Source: an uncultured virus (IMG/VR IMGVR_UViG_3300027847_001767) | Lineage: Duplodnaviria > Heunggongvirae > Uroviricota > Caudoviricetes | IMG/VR virus record: IMGVR_UViG_3300027847_001767 | Length of the DNA stretch: 64,000 nt | Reading direction: 5' to 3' (one strand) | Shown: positions 37,928 to 48,320 of the stretch, piece after piece | Numbering within the stretch: the stretch's first letter is position 1 | Layout: the number at the start of each line of letters is the position of its first letter | Translations under genes and position numbers: made by a program | The notes under the pieces: generated by a model | What the model was told of the DNA's origin: nothing | What the model saw: only the letters and a program-made list of their open reading frames with translations | Database searches by the model: none

Positions 37928-39178
37928 ATGTTAGAATTTACCGGAAAATTAGGGGATGAAATGGTTGTTGGCAAAATTGTCACGGCTAAAGAACTTATAA
38001 AGCAATTCAATATCAAATTCCGAAAGGATGGGAATTCTTTTTTTAAAATGGAAGGGAGGACTATTAAACCAGATCCCTTAAATGGTGGGTTTAAATATGC
38101 GAAAGCTATTAGGACCCCGACTGTTATCCAGGGTTTCCATAATGGAGTTTCGTATGAGATCAGAAAGTATAAGAACAAATCACCCATTGGTAATGGGATG
38201 TTTAGGTATACCCCTGGTAAGATAGATGGTTTTGGAGGTGTTAAGATGACATATACCGCTCAAATGATTGAGATGGCTGTATGGTACTATTTATTCCCGT
38301 TGTGTAAGGAAAGCCCATTCAGGCAGGATGGAAGGGAATATATGTACACGTTTTATGATCCAATCAAAGAAGGGGAGATCAGTCTTGAGTTTGCAAAAGA
38401 AACCGCGAGAGTTCTTGATGAGATATTTAAAAAAGATGATGCCGAGATAATGGTGATCGCTAGAGGCCTTAGAGTTAGAGGCGAAATAGTGACTCCAGCC
38501 AGGGATGACACAGCGGCTTTGGTGAAATTAAAGTTGTCGCAGCTATTACAGAAATATCCTAAAGACTTTATGGAATCTTGGAAGTTAGGAGAAACAGCCT
38601 TTAGGGGTACTGTTCTTTCTTTCCTTGATAGTGGGTTGATTGAAGTTAGTACTGATGCTGGTGGGCAGTTCTTAAAATTCAATGAGACTGTTGGTGGTGA
38701 ACAAATAACTAGGGTTATGGGAGCCAAATCAGCTAGGGATGAACTTTATTTGTATGGTATAAGCCATAAAGATCCACACGAATTTGTTAGGGATTGCAAG
38801 GCTTTGGAGTTAGAGTACAAGCAAGGCAAAGCAGCTAGTAGGGTTGGTAATTTTAAACTTGGTAAAACAATACAGAAAGAAGATGATAAGCGAATGAGTG
38901 TTGACAATATTTCTACGTTTAATCTGATAGAGGTTGTCAATAAAGCGCAGGAATTAGATGTAATATATTTAGACAGAGCAACGCAGAAAGTGTACATTTT
39001 AACTAAGGAAGACGAAATTGACGAGAAAGGCCTAGTTATAAAGGTGCAGAACAATGCTTCGTGGAAGTCAGAACTTCTTAATTATTTAGGAAATACTGAC
39101 AACAAAGGCCGCAAAACAACGCTCTATAATAGAGTTAAAAACAAATTAGGAAATGTTAACGCTGAAAGTAAAGTTTGA
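37928..39178 (+). CDS. morphogenesis-region protein
   Basis: 416 aa directly after MCP. Confidence 0.7.
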   Translation: MLEFTGKLGDEMVVGKIVTAKELIKQFNIKFRKDGNSFFKMEGRTIKPDPLNGGFKYAKAIRTPTVIQGFHNGVSYEIRKYKNKSPIGNGMFRYTPGKIDGFGGVKMTYTAQMIEMAVWYYLFPLCKESPFRQDGREYMYTFYDPIKEGEISLEFAKETARVLDEIFKKDDAEIMVIARGLRVRGEIVTPARDDTAALVKLKLSQLLQKYPKDFMESWKLGETAFRGTVLSFLDSGLIEVSTDAGGQFLKFNETVGGEQITRVMGAKSARDELYLYGISHKDPHEFVRDCKALELEYKQGKAASRVGNFKLGKTIQKEDDKRMSVDNISTFNLIEVVNKAQELDVIYLDRATQKVYILTKEDEIDEKGLVIKVQNNASWKSELLNYLGNTDNKGRKTTLYNRVKNKLGNVNAESKV

Positions 39179-40463
39179 CGATGTTCAAAAAGGAATTATC
39201 CTTTCACTTACTTCCGGCAGCGAGGTAGGCACTTATAAGTATTCTGCTGTTGATCCACTAGGAAATACCTTCAAGGCCGAAGGAACCCCAGACTTGACAC
39301 TTGCTGTCCCTGGGGAGCAAAGCACGACCTTAGAGGCTTATCCGGTGGATGCAGATGGAGTTACTTTAAAAGGTGTCTATATTGTAACAACCAGATATAT
39401 CCCAACAGTGGGTAGTGAGGTTGTTACGGCGCACAATATCAATTATGCTCCACCAGATAATGACGAGGTAAATTCTGGGGCGGTCACTATGACTTTGAAT
39501 TGCACGAATTCAGAAATAAAGGTTACGGATATAACTGATTATACAGACAAGGTTAGAACCAGCAGGTTGATTACCTTGGTTGTCCCACCTGTTTTAGATT
39601 CTGCGGGATTACAAGTAACTAGCTCATTGGCTACGTTGACCTATGCTGCAACGTATGAGAATGCAGAATACCAGGCAATTTTAGAGTCTGTTATCGAGGT
39701 GACACAAACTTTAACAATTACCGAGTCTTACGTTCACATTTATAAGATTAGAGCCTATAAGAGTGAGAAACTTCATTGTGGAGTTGGGTATGCTGACATT
39801 ATAGATGCAGCTAAGGGTCAGCTTGATATTATGTATAAGAGGGCTTGTAATGTAGGCGGCTTGAGTTCGCTAGGAAAAGATAGGGATAAGTATGATGCTT
39901 TGGTTTCTCAGATGTCTGTATTTTCGGCAATGAGGTCTGCAGGGTCAGAAGATGTTGTTTCTGCTATCGATGAGATTAGAGATATAGTGGGAGGTGTGGT
40001 TGTAGAAAACGATCAACCTAGATTGATTTCTGGCTCTAGTGCTGCTAGTACTGCGTGGCAGAGTGTTGCGGAAGGATCTTTAGTGAACAGTACATTTTCA
40101 GAGCCTATAGTAGAAGGAACGCCAACCGATTATACTTTCCAATACAGGAAAGTTAGTGGTAGGTTGGATGTAAGGGCAAGACTTGATGTAACTTCGTCTA
40201 CTTCAATAGTTAAACTTTTAGAAAATTATTTTTCAGGAGAATATGCGCCCCAGGGAACTATAAATAGTCAGTTCGGCACAAACTATATAGCTGTAAGGCT
40301 ATCAACTGGAGAGTTAGATGTTCCAGATGCAGAAGGGATTGATATGTCAGCTAGATTAGTTGATGATAGTGGTAATGGTTCATATGATCTTGAGATAAAA
40401 GGAAATGCACCAAACACAACTCCATTCTCTATATTAATTGAAGGGAGCTTTTTTATAGACTAA
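39153..40463 (+). CDS. putative virion structural protein
   Basis: 436 aa, beta-rich T/S/V composition, within the head-tail block. Confidence 0.6.
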   Translation: MLTLKVKFDDVQKGIILSLTSGSEVGTYKYSAVDPLGNTFKAEGTPDLTLAVPGEQSTTLEAYPVDADGVTLKGVYIVTTRYIPTVGSEVVTAHNINYAPPDNDEVNSGAVTMTLNCTNSEIKVTDITDYTDKVRTSRLITLVVPPVLDSAGLQVTSSLATLTYAATYENAEYQAILESVIEVTQTLTITESYVHIYKIRAYKSEKLHCGVGYADIIDAAKGQLDIMYKRACNVGGLSSLGKDRDKYDALVSQMSVFSAMRSAGSEDVVSAIDEIRDIVGGVVVENDQPRLISGSSAASTAWQSVAEGSLVNSTFSEPIVEGTPTDYTFQYRKVSGRLDVRARLDVTSSTSIVKLLENYFSGEYAPQGTINSQFGTNYIAVRLSTGELDVPDAEGIDMSARLVDDSGNGSYDLEIKGNAPNTTPFSILIEGSFFID

Positions 40464-40483
40464 CCTGGTTATAAATTTGAAAT

Positions 40484-41149
40484 ATGATTGAAAGAATATT
40501 TCAAAGCGTGAAGGATTTGGCTATAAAGGGCAAAAGTGGTTACTTCAATAATGCTCAATACAATGGTCGGATAAATGATGCTCAAAACATTTTGTTTCTT
40601 TATTACATGAAGAAATGGGAGGTTTCTGATCAAATAGCTGACAGCCTTCGCCCTTTTATAAAGAAAAGCGACATTACTCTTACTTCTGGTGTGGGCTCTG
40701 TTCCTTCTGATTATAGGCATCGAATTGAAGGAAACTATATTTATATAGACAATTCGGGGAATAGCGCGGTTGAAAGAACAATACCTATTGATTTCTTAAA
40801 CTCAAATAATAAATCCCAAACTCTTCATTCTATTATTCGAAAGCCATCTGTTGCTGAAGGCAGAATCTATATGGATATTACAGGCAGTTTATTTGCATAC
40901 CCTAAGATAACGGGAGATATAGAATTTGAATACTTGTCTAATCCTTTAAGACTAAACAGAACGGTAACGGTTGACGAAACAACCAAGGAGGAAATATATG
41001 CGCCTGGCGATGGTGCTTTTGTTAATCTACAATGGGCGACACAGGATGAGACTAATCTTCTTGATATTATGTTGATCTTTATGGGGTTGGGTGTAAGAGA
41101 TAATGATATAACAAGATTTGCTTTAACCCAAAAACAGTTAAATGAATAA
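40484..41149 (+). CDS. tail ring/head-tail adaptor protein
   Basis: 221 aa; GYFNNAQYNGRINDAQ...VPSDY...EYLSNP resembles podovirus/crAss-type ring proteins. Confidence 0.65.
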   Translation: MIERIFQSVKDLAIKGKSGYFNNAQYNGRINDAQNILFLYYMKKWEVSDQIADSLRPFIKKSDITLTSGVGSVPSDYRHRIEGNYIYIDNSGNSAVERTIPIDFLNSNNKSQTLHSIIRKPSVAEGRIYMDITGSLFAYPKITGDIEFEYLSNPLRLNRTVTVDETTKEEIYAPGDGAFVNLQWATQDETNLLDIMLIFMGLGVRDNDITRFALTQKQLNE

Positions 41150-41819
41150 GGAAGTAGCAATAGACCAGGTTTATATCGCTGTTTCTGGTGGTCATTTAAC
41201 AGATGATGCGTCTGTAAAAAAAGCAGATATAGCACCTTATTTGAATGCAGTTATTAACTATGTTCAATATCAGAGTATACGGGAGCGCATTGAAGTAAAA
41301 AGAAAAACAAAGATGATAGAGGTTTTTGAAGAAATCTCAACCATTCTTGATAGTGACCTGTATTGCAAATTTGTTGTAACCCCACAAAAAGATGAGACTC
41401 GAGATGAGCATTTTGTGGTTCTTCCTAAAAAACTAGAAAACCTCCCTAATAATTCTGGGCTTAGACATGTAGCTCCTTTGGCTGGTTATATGCCATATAT
41501 TCATCAATCATCTAGATTCGCTGTTTCTGGCGCGGAGGAGGTTTTTGCTCATATTACAAGCTATTACTACGAGAAAACAGAAGATAAAGAGTATGTGTAC
41601 ATTCGGAATATAGGTTATCCCATTGGAGATGTAGAGGTTCATATGAGTGTTGGGGTTGATGGGCTTTCTGATACAGCGGAACTTCCAATTCCTAAAGGTT
41701 ATGAAAAGCAAGTTATCGATCTAACTGTTCAGTTCTTTATGGGGCAAAAACAAGGATTTAAAGATTATTTTATTGACAATACAGAATTAAAGCCGAGTGA
41801 AGTTCGAGAGCATAGATAA
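41142..41819 (+). CDS. tail ring protein
   Basis: 225 aa; position, plus VLPKKL...ELPIPKGYEKQVID. Confidence 0.55.
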   Translation: MNKEVAIDQVYIAVSGGHLTDDASVKKADIAPYLNAVINYVQYQSIRERIEVKRKTKMIEVFEEISTILDSDLYCKFVVTPQKDETRDEHFVVLPKKLENLPNNSGLRHVAPLAGYMPYIHQSSRFAVSGAEEVFAHITSYYYEKTEDKEYVYIRNIGYPIGDVEVHMSVGVDGLSDTAELPIPKGYEKQVIDLTVQFFMGQKQGFKDYFIDNTELKPSEVREHR

Positions 41820-42624
41820 AATAGTAAAAGATATATTGGCAACTTCGGGTGACGAAGAGTTCAAAAACTATATACCTGTAGCAAGGTCTATTAGACGGAC
41901 TGCCCAGCAGATGAATATATTCCTTTTGTCTGCTGTCAAAGGTATTGTGGTGACCATAGACGAGAACTTAACGGTTCCACTGTCTTCAGATGTAGATGAT
42001 ATTTTAAAGGCTGGCACGTTGCTTTCAAATGGCAGGTTGAGAGTAATGGGAAGGGATGATAACTTTCATAGCCTAATCGAACTTAAAGAAAATGGTGCGC
42101 CTAGTGCTTGTACGTGTGACCCAGACCTAAAAGAAGCAGTAGAAAAAGAAATAGATGATTTGGCGGCCTCTATTAGTACAGAGGTGGGTGCTGTTACTTG
42201 TACCGCCTGTACCTTTCATAATGTTTTGTGTGATTCGCTATTTGGTGACAGTAACGGAACATTATTTGGTTATAGGCCTGAAATGTTTAGTAATGGAAGG
42301 TATAAGTATGATCCAATACACAACAGGATCATTTTTAACGGTGGCGCTGATGCGAAAGTAGGCGATAAGGTGGTTGTAGAATATAAATCAAATACGGCAA
42401 GTCACGAGGTTGCTCTTATTCCTAGTGTATACTATAAGTGTTTGAGGCATAAGGTATTACAGGAAAAAGCGGAAGTGACTAGGGATCTTAGGATGAGCGC
42501 TTACCATGGACAAAAATTCAAAGACGAATACGATATTGCTTTACGCATATTATCTCCTTCTTACACTCTTGAGGATTATTTAGGGGCATTCCGAGGTGGT
42601 TACTTTAATAGCCCGAAAGCATGA
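41797..42624 (+). CDS. tail ring protein
   Basis: 275 aa; VVVEYKS...LIPSVY; Cys-rich insert. Confidence 0.55.
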   Translation: MKFESIDKIVKDILATSGDEEFKNYIPVARSIRRTAQQMNIFLLSAVKGIVVTIDENLTVPLSSDVDDILKAGTLLSNGRLRVMGRDDNFHSLIELKENGAPSACTCDPDLKEAVEKEIDDLAASISTEVGAVTCTACTFHNVLCDSLFGDSNGTLFGYRPEMFSNGRYKYDPIHNRIIFNGGADAKVGDKVVVEYKSNTASHEVALIPSVYYKCLRHKVLQEKAEVTRDLRMSAYHGQKFKDEYDIALRILSPSYTLEDYLGAFRGGYFNSPKA

Positions 42625-45600
42625 GAAAGAAATCCCTTAATCATTTTCATGGGTCTGTAAACAAAGACAATGATTTAAAGTCGGTAAAGGGTGTCGATTA
42701 CCTACATGCTTTAAATATGCGCAATGCATACAATAGCGAGTTAGGTGATATGATTGCCGATAAAGGGAATGTTTTAATAGAGAACACCTTACCTGCAGGA
42801 GATAACAAATGTTTAGGGGCCTTAGAGGATAAGTTGGGTCAATCTATAATATTTTTCAATTATAATTCGAATGGAGATCATGGGATATACAGATACTATC
42901 CATTTAATAGCGATCTAATATCTGTTATTGTTCAGGATTCGGGGTTGAACTTTAATATAGCCAGGCCAATAAGTGAACATGAGCTTATCGATGGAGATAT
43001 TTTGATTTGGACGGATGGGAGGAGTACAAGTTCTGTTATTGTGGGGGAAGCTCCAAGATCTATTTCTCTAAGTAGGTTTGCTAGTGGTGGGTATCCAGAT
43101 GATTTAACTGATTTTCATATCAATCTTATTAAGAGGCCACCCAACCTATCGCCAAGGACGAGATTCTTAAAGAACGCTACATTGGAAAGCGTTTTTGATT
43201 TTTATGGAGGATCGTATCAGTTTGCTTTCAGGGTAATTTATATAGGAAATGAAAAGAGCACATTAAGTCCGGTGTCTAGAATAGCTACAGCATTAAGTAA
43301 AACAGATGATGCCGGAGTGCTACCAAGTCCATTCTTAGATACAGATTATAATGAGATAGAAGTAGATTACGCAGAAGCCTTTTTATCAAATGTCGATGAT
43401 CTTACACAGATTAAGTCGGTTGAGATAATGTTTAGGAAAGAAAATGAAGGTTTTTGGCATAGGGCAGATATTATAAACAAAGCAGATTTCGGAGATCTAA
43501 AATATTATTTCAGGAATGATGGCTCATCTGGGGTAGTTCCTTCTGATAGCAGCTTTGGAACCGATACCGTACAGGCTTTTAAATTATACGATAATGTTCC
43601 TAGGATATGCGGAACACTTGCTCAGGTAGCTGATGATAAAGGGAATACCAGATTAGCTACTGCGGCTAACTTAGAAAACTATGATTGCCCTGGTGATGTA
43701 ACGAATACTGTTGTTCTTGGGAAGTATGATTTTGTGGGAGAGTTTAGCTTTACTGGAGCTTGTGCTTCTATTAATGTAAATATAACAATAGAGGAGCTAG
43801 CGCAAGAAGAGGTGGTTCTAAAGATTCGATTCGACGGCCCTGCTGGTTCTACAATAAAAATTACTTACAATATAGATGCAATAGATCAAAGTACTCAAAG
43901 TGGGATTACATATACCGAGTTGTTCATAACTAAAGAGAATTTTGATCATTTGGGTGGGTTGGTTAACCGAAGAATGGATATTGATATTACAGATGGAAAT
44001 TGTGTATACAAGAAGAGGATTTTATTAACTACAGAGCCTACACAATCAGCTTCCTTAGATGCTTTGGAGGGGTCTGGAACCCCTAATCCTGGCACTCCAG
44101 GTGATGATACCTTGTCTAATTATGATATTTTCTTAAAAGAAGGTGGCGTTTATGATTTTGGTGTTGTTTTTAAAGAAGAGTATAATAGGCGGTGTACCGT
44201 AAGTCGTATAGGAGTAATAAGAATTAATGCCGAAGATTATAAAATAGAGGGAGGTAAGTTTTTGATTATGGTTACTCCTAAAGTAACTATAAGTATAAAT
44301 TCTGGAATTCCTTCTTGGGCGCATTCAGTGGAGATAGTAAGGACTAAAAATAAGCGACAGTCAGATTATGTCCAGAACTATGTAGAGTCTAATAGCATTA
44401 CATACCTTCAGGAAAATGGAGATGGAGCATTAGAAAAGATAGACGATCCTACTTTAGCTAGTGTTGTTTGTTTGAAGTTGGTGTCTTTGGTAAAAAATAA
44501 ATTTGCTGACAATCCAGACAATACAATCGAAATAAAAGATTTCACTGATAATATAAATGATTCATTTCTTCCCGAGCAGGGTGATAGGGTAAGGTTCTTA
44601 GCTAAAACTGATGGTCCCGTAGGATTAAATATAGCCCATGATTCTTTTAATGCAATCTTAGATACAGAATATATTATCGATATATGCAAGGTCACAGAAT
44701 TAGGAGAAACAGAAATTTGTCTAAGAAAGAAGGACGGTATGACTTTTCCTATAATCCCTACCGATGGAGGGAATTACTTGTTAATCGAGATATATAAACC
44801 CCAAGGATTAGGTGATGGGCTTTACTATGAGACAGGAAACACATTTTTAGTCAGTGGAGGTCTAACAAACCTTGAGTTTTTGGGTGGAGACACGTTTTTA
44901 AGGCGTTCTGAGTACGAATACGGCAGTTCTTCTTCTGTTTCCCCACAAGCGTATTATAATGCGTTCTTAGCTAAGGAAAATGATAGTCACTTTGATAGTG
45001 TAAAGAATACGAGTGAAGATATAGGGTGGGGAAATGTTTATGATCCTGAATTTGGGGAAAGATTTTATTATAACAGAATAAGAACTTCAGATATTTATGT
45101 AGACAATTCTAAGATTAATGGTATCTCTTCATTTAGGGAAACTGATGAAATAAAAATAGATCTTGATTTTGGTGTTATTAAGGGTCTTAGGGTTTTGCAG
45201 AATGTAATGCTTGCTATTGCTCAGTTTAAAACTCAACCTATTTATATAGCGAAGGATAGATTAATGGATCTTTCTAATAATGCCCTTATAGGTAGAACAG
45301 CGAGGATGTTAAATTTAGCCAGGGAATTAAGGTTTGATCTTGGTACCCATCATCCAGAAAGTATAGAGGTAGATGTAGGTCTTTGTTTTGCATTTGATGA
45401 GTTTAGTGGGAAGCAATGGATGTATAGTGCGAATGGGCAAACGCCTATTTCTGACTATAAGAAAACCAATTATTACCATGAGTTAGCAAAGGGTAGGTTT
45501 TTGGGCGGTGAAATCATTTCTAAATTTCAAAGAGAGCATGGGAGTTTGTTGACTACCTTTGCAGGAGATGGAATTATAACGTGGGGTTTTGATGATAGGA

Positions 45601-46124
45601 AGAATGGATATGGCAGCGAATTTTCTTTCCAACCAGAGAGATATGGGAAAGTAGGGTTGGTTTTTGTTTCTTTTAAAGACGGTGCTTTATGGAGGCATGA
45701 AGACGAAGTGGTAGCGAGATCAAATTATTATGGTGTTCAATATAGGAATATGGCTAGGGTGGTTATTAATCCAGAGCCATTATCTGCTAAGATATGGTGG
45801 AATGTTAAGATAGGTAGTGATAAGAAATTCTTTATACCCGTAATTACTACTCCTATATCTGATTTGAATGCGAGTGGGCAGTTGAGTGAATTGATCGAGA
45901 ATAAGTTTATAAATTACGAGGGATTGTGGTTTGCTGATTTTTTGAGAGATATAAATGATAATTCGGATGCTTTGTCTGCAGCTACAGATGTTGAAAAATT
46001 ATTGCGAGGTCAGCACCTTCGAAGCGAAGTCCTTATATTAGAGTTGGAAAATTTTGAACAAGGCAAAGATTTTCTTTTAAATAGCGTTGAAGTTGAGTAT
46101 ACATTAAGTCACGATACAATATAA
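42621..46124 (+). CDS. tail nozzle/muzzle (stabilization) protein
   Basis: 1167 aa; FHGSVNKD...YLHALNMR start, beta-propeller-like, YQFAFR...STLSP; follows the ring genes. Confidence 0.75.
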   Translation: MRKKSLNHFHGSVNKDNDLKSVKGVDYLHALNMRNAYNSELGDMIADKGNVLIENTLPAGDNKCLGALEDKLGQSIIFFNYNSNGDHGIYRYYPFNSDLISVIVQDSGLNFNIARPISEHELIDGDILIWTDGRSTSSVIVGEAPRSISLSRFASGGYPDDLTDFHINLIKRPPNLSPRTRFLKNATLESVFDFYGGSYQFAFRVIYIGNEKSTLSPVSRIATALSKTDDAGVLPSPFLDTDYNEIEVDYAEAFLSNVDDLTQIKSVEIMFRKENEGFWHRADIINKADFGDLKYYFRNDGSSGVVPSDSSFGTDTVQAFKLYDNVPRICGTLAQVADDKGNTRLATAANLENYDCPGDVTNTVVLGKYDFVGEFSFTGACASINVNITIEELAQEEVVLKIRFDGPAGSTIKITYNIDAIDQSTQSGITYTELFITKENFDHLGGLVNRRMDIDITDGNCVYKKRILLTTEPTQSASLDALEGSGTPNPGTPGDDTLSNYDIFLKEGGVYDFGVVFKEEYNRRCTVSRIGVIRINAEDYKIEGGKFLIMVTPKVTISINSGIPSWAHSVEIVRTKNKRQSDYVQNYVESNSITYLQENGDGALEKIDDPTLASVVCLKLVSLVKNKFADNPDNTIEIKDFTDNINDSFLPEQGDRVRFLAKTDGPVGLNIAHDSFNAILDTEYIIDICKVTELGETEICLRKKDGMTFPIIPTDGGNYLLIEIYKPQGLGDGLYYETGNTFLVSGGLTNLEFLGGDTFLRRSEYEYGSSSSVSPQAYYNAFLAKENDSHFDSVKNTSEDIGWGNVYDPEFGERFYYNRIRTSDIYVDNSKINGISSFRETDEIKIDLDFGVIKGLRVLQNVMLAIAQFKTQPIYIAKDRLMDLSNNALIGRTARMLNLARELRFDLGTHHPESIEVDVGLCFAFDEFSGKQWMYSANGQTPISDYKKTNYYHELAKGRFLGGEIISKFQREHGSLLTTFAGDGIITWGFDDRKNGYGSEFSFQPERYGKVGLVFVSFKDGALWRHEDEVVARSNYYGVQYRNMARVVINPEPLSAKIWWNVKIGSDKKFFIPVITTPISDLNASGQLSELIENKFINYEGLWFADFLRDINDNSDALSAATDVEKLLRGQHLRSEVLILELENFEQGKDFLLNSVEVEYTLSHDTI

Positions 46125-46127
46125 GTT

Positions 46128-46682
46128 ATGGGATTAGGAGCATTAGCAGGAATAGGATTTGGACTTTCAGCGATAGGCTCTATTTTTAAAGGAGTTTTAG
46201 GAAACAACCAAAGAAAAGAGGCGAAAGAAGGTCTTGCTAACCTTGAGCGTCCAGAGTATGAGATACCAAATGAAGTTTATCAATATTTGGGCCAAACCCA
46301 AGCAGATACTAGGCGAAACATGCCAGGGTATGAAACTGCGAGGCAAGGAATCGATCAATCCCAGGCCAACGCTTCGGGTTTAGCTGTTCAGTCTGGCAAT
46401 CCTTTGCTTGGAATAGGTGGGATTCAAGGACAAACAAATAAGGCAAATAGAAATTTAGCAGTTGAGAATGCATCTTATATCGACAATAAAAAAGATGCAA
46501 GAAATAGAGCGTTGTTGCTTGCCGCTAATTATAAAGAGAGGGAACAGCAAATGAATGAGTTTGCGCCCTACAGAGACAAGTACAATGAATTCAGGGAGCA
46601 ATTAGGTGCTGGGCAACAAAATATAAATTCAGGACTAGGTGATATGTCTTCTGCATTAATCAGTCTTGGACAATTCGTGTAA
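46128..46682 (+). CDS. internal virion/ejection protein
   Basis: Gly/Ala hydrophobic N-terminus and Q/N-rich helices; first gene after the nozzle. Confidence 0.65.
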   Translation: MGLGALAGIGFGLSAIGSIFKGVLGNNQRKEAKEGLANLERPEYEIPNEVYQYLGQTQADTRRNMPGYETARQGIDQSQANASGLAVQSGNPLLGIGGIQGQTNKANRNLAVENASYIDNKKDARNRALLLAANYKEREQQMNEFAPYRDKYNEFREQLGAGQQNINSGLGDMSSALISLGQFV

Positions 46683-48320
46683 ATGGAATATGGATCAACT
46701 CTTGGTAGCGTTCACCAGCAGCGTCAGGGAACTGGCAAGGCTACGATATTGGGGCCTAATCGTGGGGTTGATACATTAGAAAGGGCTGGTAATTTAGAAA
46801 GACAGATAAAGGCTAGGGACAAGAGAGCCGAAAAGGTTCAGAAGCAGAGAGATGATGCCCAAAGAAGAAGAGAGGATAGGAAGTGGCTTCGTGATATGTA
46901 TACTACGCAGTTTGATGCAGGTATTAATCAACAAGAGCAGGTTAACAAGTATGGGCGAGATACTTTCTTAAAGACCTTATCAGAGATGTTTTCGGAAGAT
47001 CAAAAAATTGATATTGGCGATCCAAGATTCGGAACCGCAATGATGGGGTTTGGAGAGACAGCAAAAATGGCTAAAAGGTCTAAAAATTATGAAGCTGCAG
47101 GGAAGGCTAATATGGATTTGATAGCAACTGACCCATCAAAGTTTTCTAAAGATTACAAAGACAGCGTAGCGAAGGCTATAAACAATAAGGGTAAAGTAAA
47201 TGATCTCGATGTTGAAGACTTTGGGATACCGGAATATGCGAGTCCAACTGTAATGAAACAAATAAATGGAATATTCAAGGACGTTCAGTGGGGGTCAGAG
47301 AACCCTGGTGATGTTTTACAAACGGTTTTGCATTCAGAAAGAGGGCCGGACTTTACAGGGGAATTAGAAACAAAACTTGGGCAATTATTAGAGTTAACCA
47401 CAAAAGAAAGACAGGCTGAGATTAAGGCCGATGCCGAAGAACATGGATATTCGGATGTGGTGGAATTTGGAACGCAGTTGGGGATGAATCCCAAAAAAGA
47501 CGTAAGTGCAATAGCTTTTGATAAAGAAGCGTGGTATGATGGCATGAGCGGGAAGTCTACAAAGGTAGAGAAAACAAGTATAGAAGGGAAAGATGGAGTG
47601 ACAATCACAAACGAAGGATCAAAGTTTGACAGCGAACATTTTAGGGCAATGCTTCAAAATGATATAGTTCAAAAGAATTGGCATTTGGTTGAAGAGGCAG
47701 AGGATAAGGGCAATATTGATGTTTCTCCAGATGCTTCGCCTTATGAAAAATTAATGGCTACTGTAGATTTCCATGAAGAACAGGCTAAATTGTATAGAGG
47801 GAAAAAAGATACAGTGTATAAAGAAGCTACAGATAGGCTTACAGCTAAAGATTATAAAGATGAAAGGGAAACTCAAATTTGGCAAGAAGGGGTGATGGGC
47901 AATGATGTTGGGGAAGTAAATAGTAAATTAGGGGATTTGCTTGGAGGTTCAATTTTCGGTATGGAAGTTGTTTCTGCTAAGTTTGAACCGCGATTGTTGG
48001 GTCCTGCAGACAGAAAAAATATTGTAGTTATTACATTAGATGATATTTCTGAAAGGTTTAAGAGTATGGGTGTACCTGCACTTCCTCCAGGGGCATCTGG
48101 TCAGGACTTTTTAGATGCAATGGCTAAATTAACTACAGATAAGTCAGAGAAAATGTTTTTGGACCAGGCAAAGAATGTGGTTTTAGAAGATGGGCAAGCG
48201 AAATTGTTTTTAGACAGAAGCGATCCTCAATTTTTGTCTGCTGTTACGGCATATTGGGAAAGAGGTGGAGCGAAGCAGGAATTTAGTGAGGGATCATATT
48301 ATAACCCATTGAATAAATGA
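46683..48320 (+). CDS. internal virion/ejection protein
   Basis: 545-aa charged helical protein in the ejection-gene position. Confidence 0.55.
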   Translation: MEYGSTLGSVHQQRQGTGKATILGPNRGVDTLERAGNLERQIKARDKRAEKVQKQRDDAQRRREDRKWLRDMYTTQFDAGINQQEQVNKYGRDTFLKTLSEMFSEDQKIDIGDPRFGTAMMGFGETAKMAKRSKNYEAAGKANMDLIATDPSKFSKDYKDSVAKAINNKGKVNDLDVEDFGIPEYASPTVMKQINGIFKDVQWGSENPGDVLQTVLHSERGPDFTGELETKLGQLLELTTKERQAEIKADAEEHGYSDVVEFGTQLGMNPKKDVSAIAFDKEAWYDGMSGKSTKVEKTSIEGKDGVTITNEGSKFDSEHFRAMLQNDIVQKNWHLVEEAEDKGNIDVSPDASPYEKLMATVDFHEEQAKLYRGKKDTVYKEATDRLTAKDYKDERETQIWQEGVMGNDVGEVNSKLGDLLGGSIFGMEVVSAKFEPRLLGPADRKNIVVITLDDISERFKSMGVPALPPGASGQDFLDAMAKLTTDKSEKMFLDQAKNVVLEDGQAKLFLDRSDPQFLSAVTAYWERGGAKQEFSEGSYYNPLNK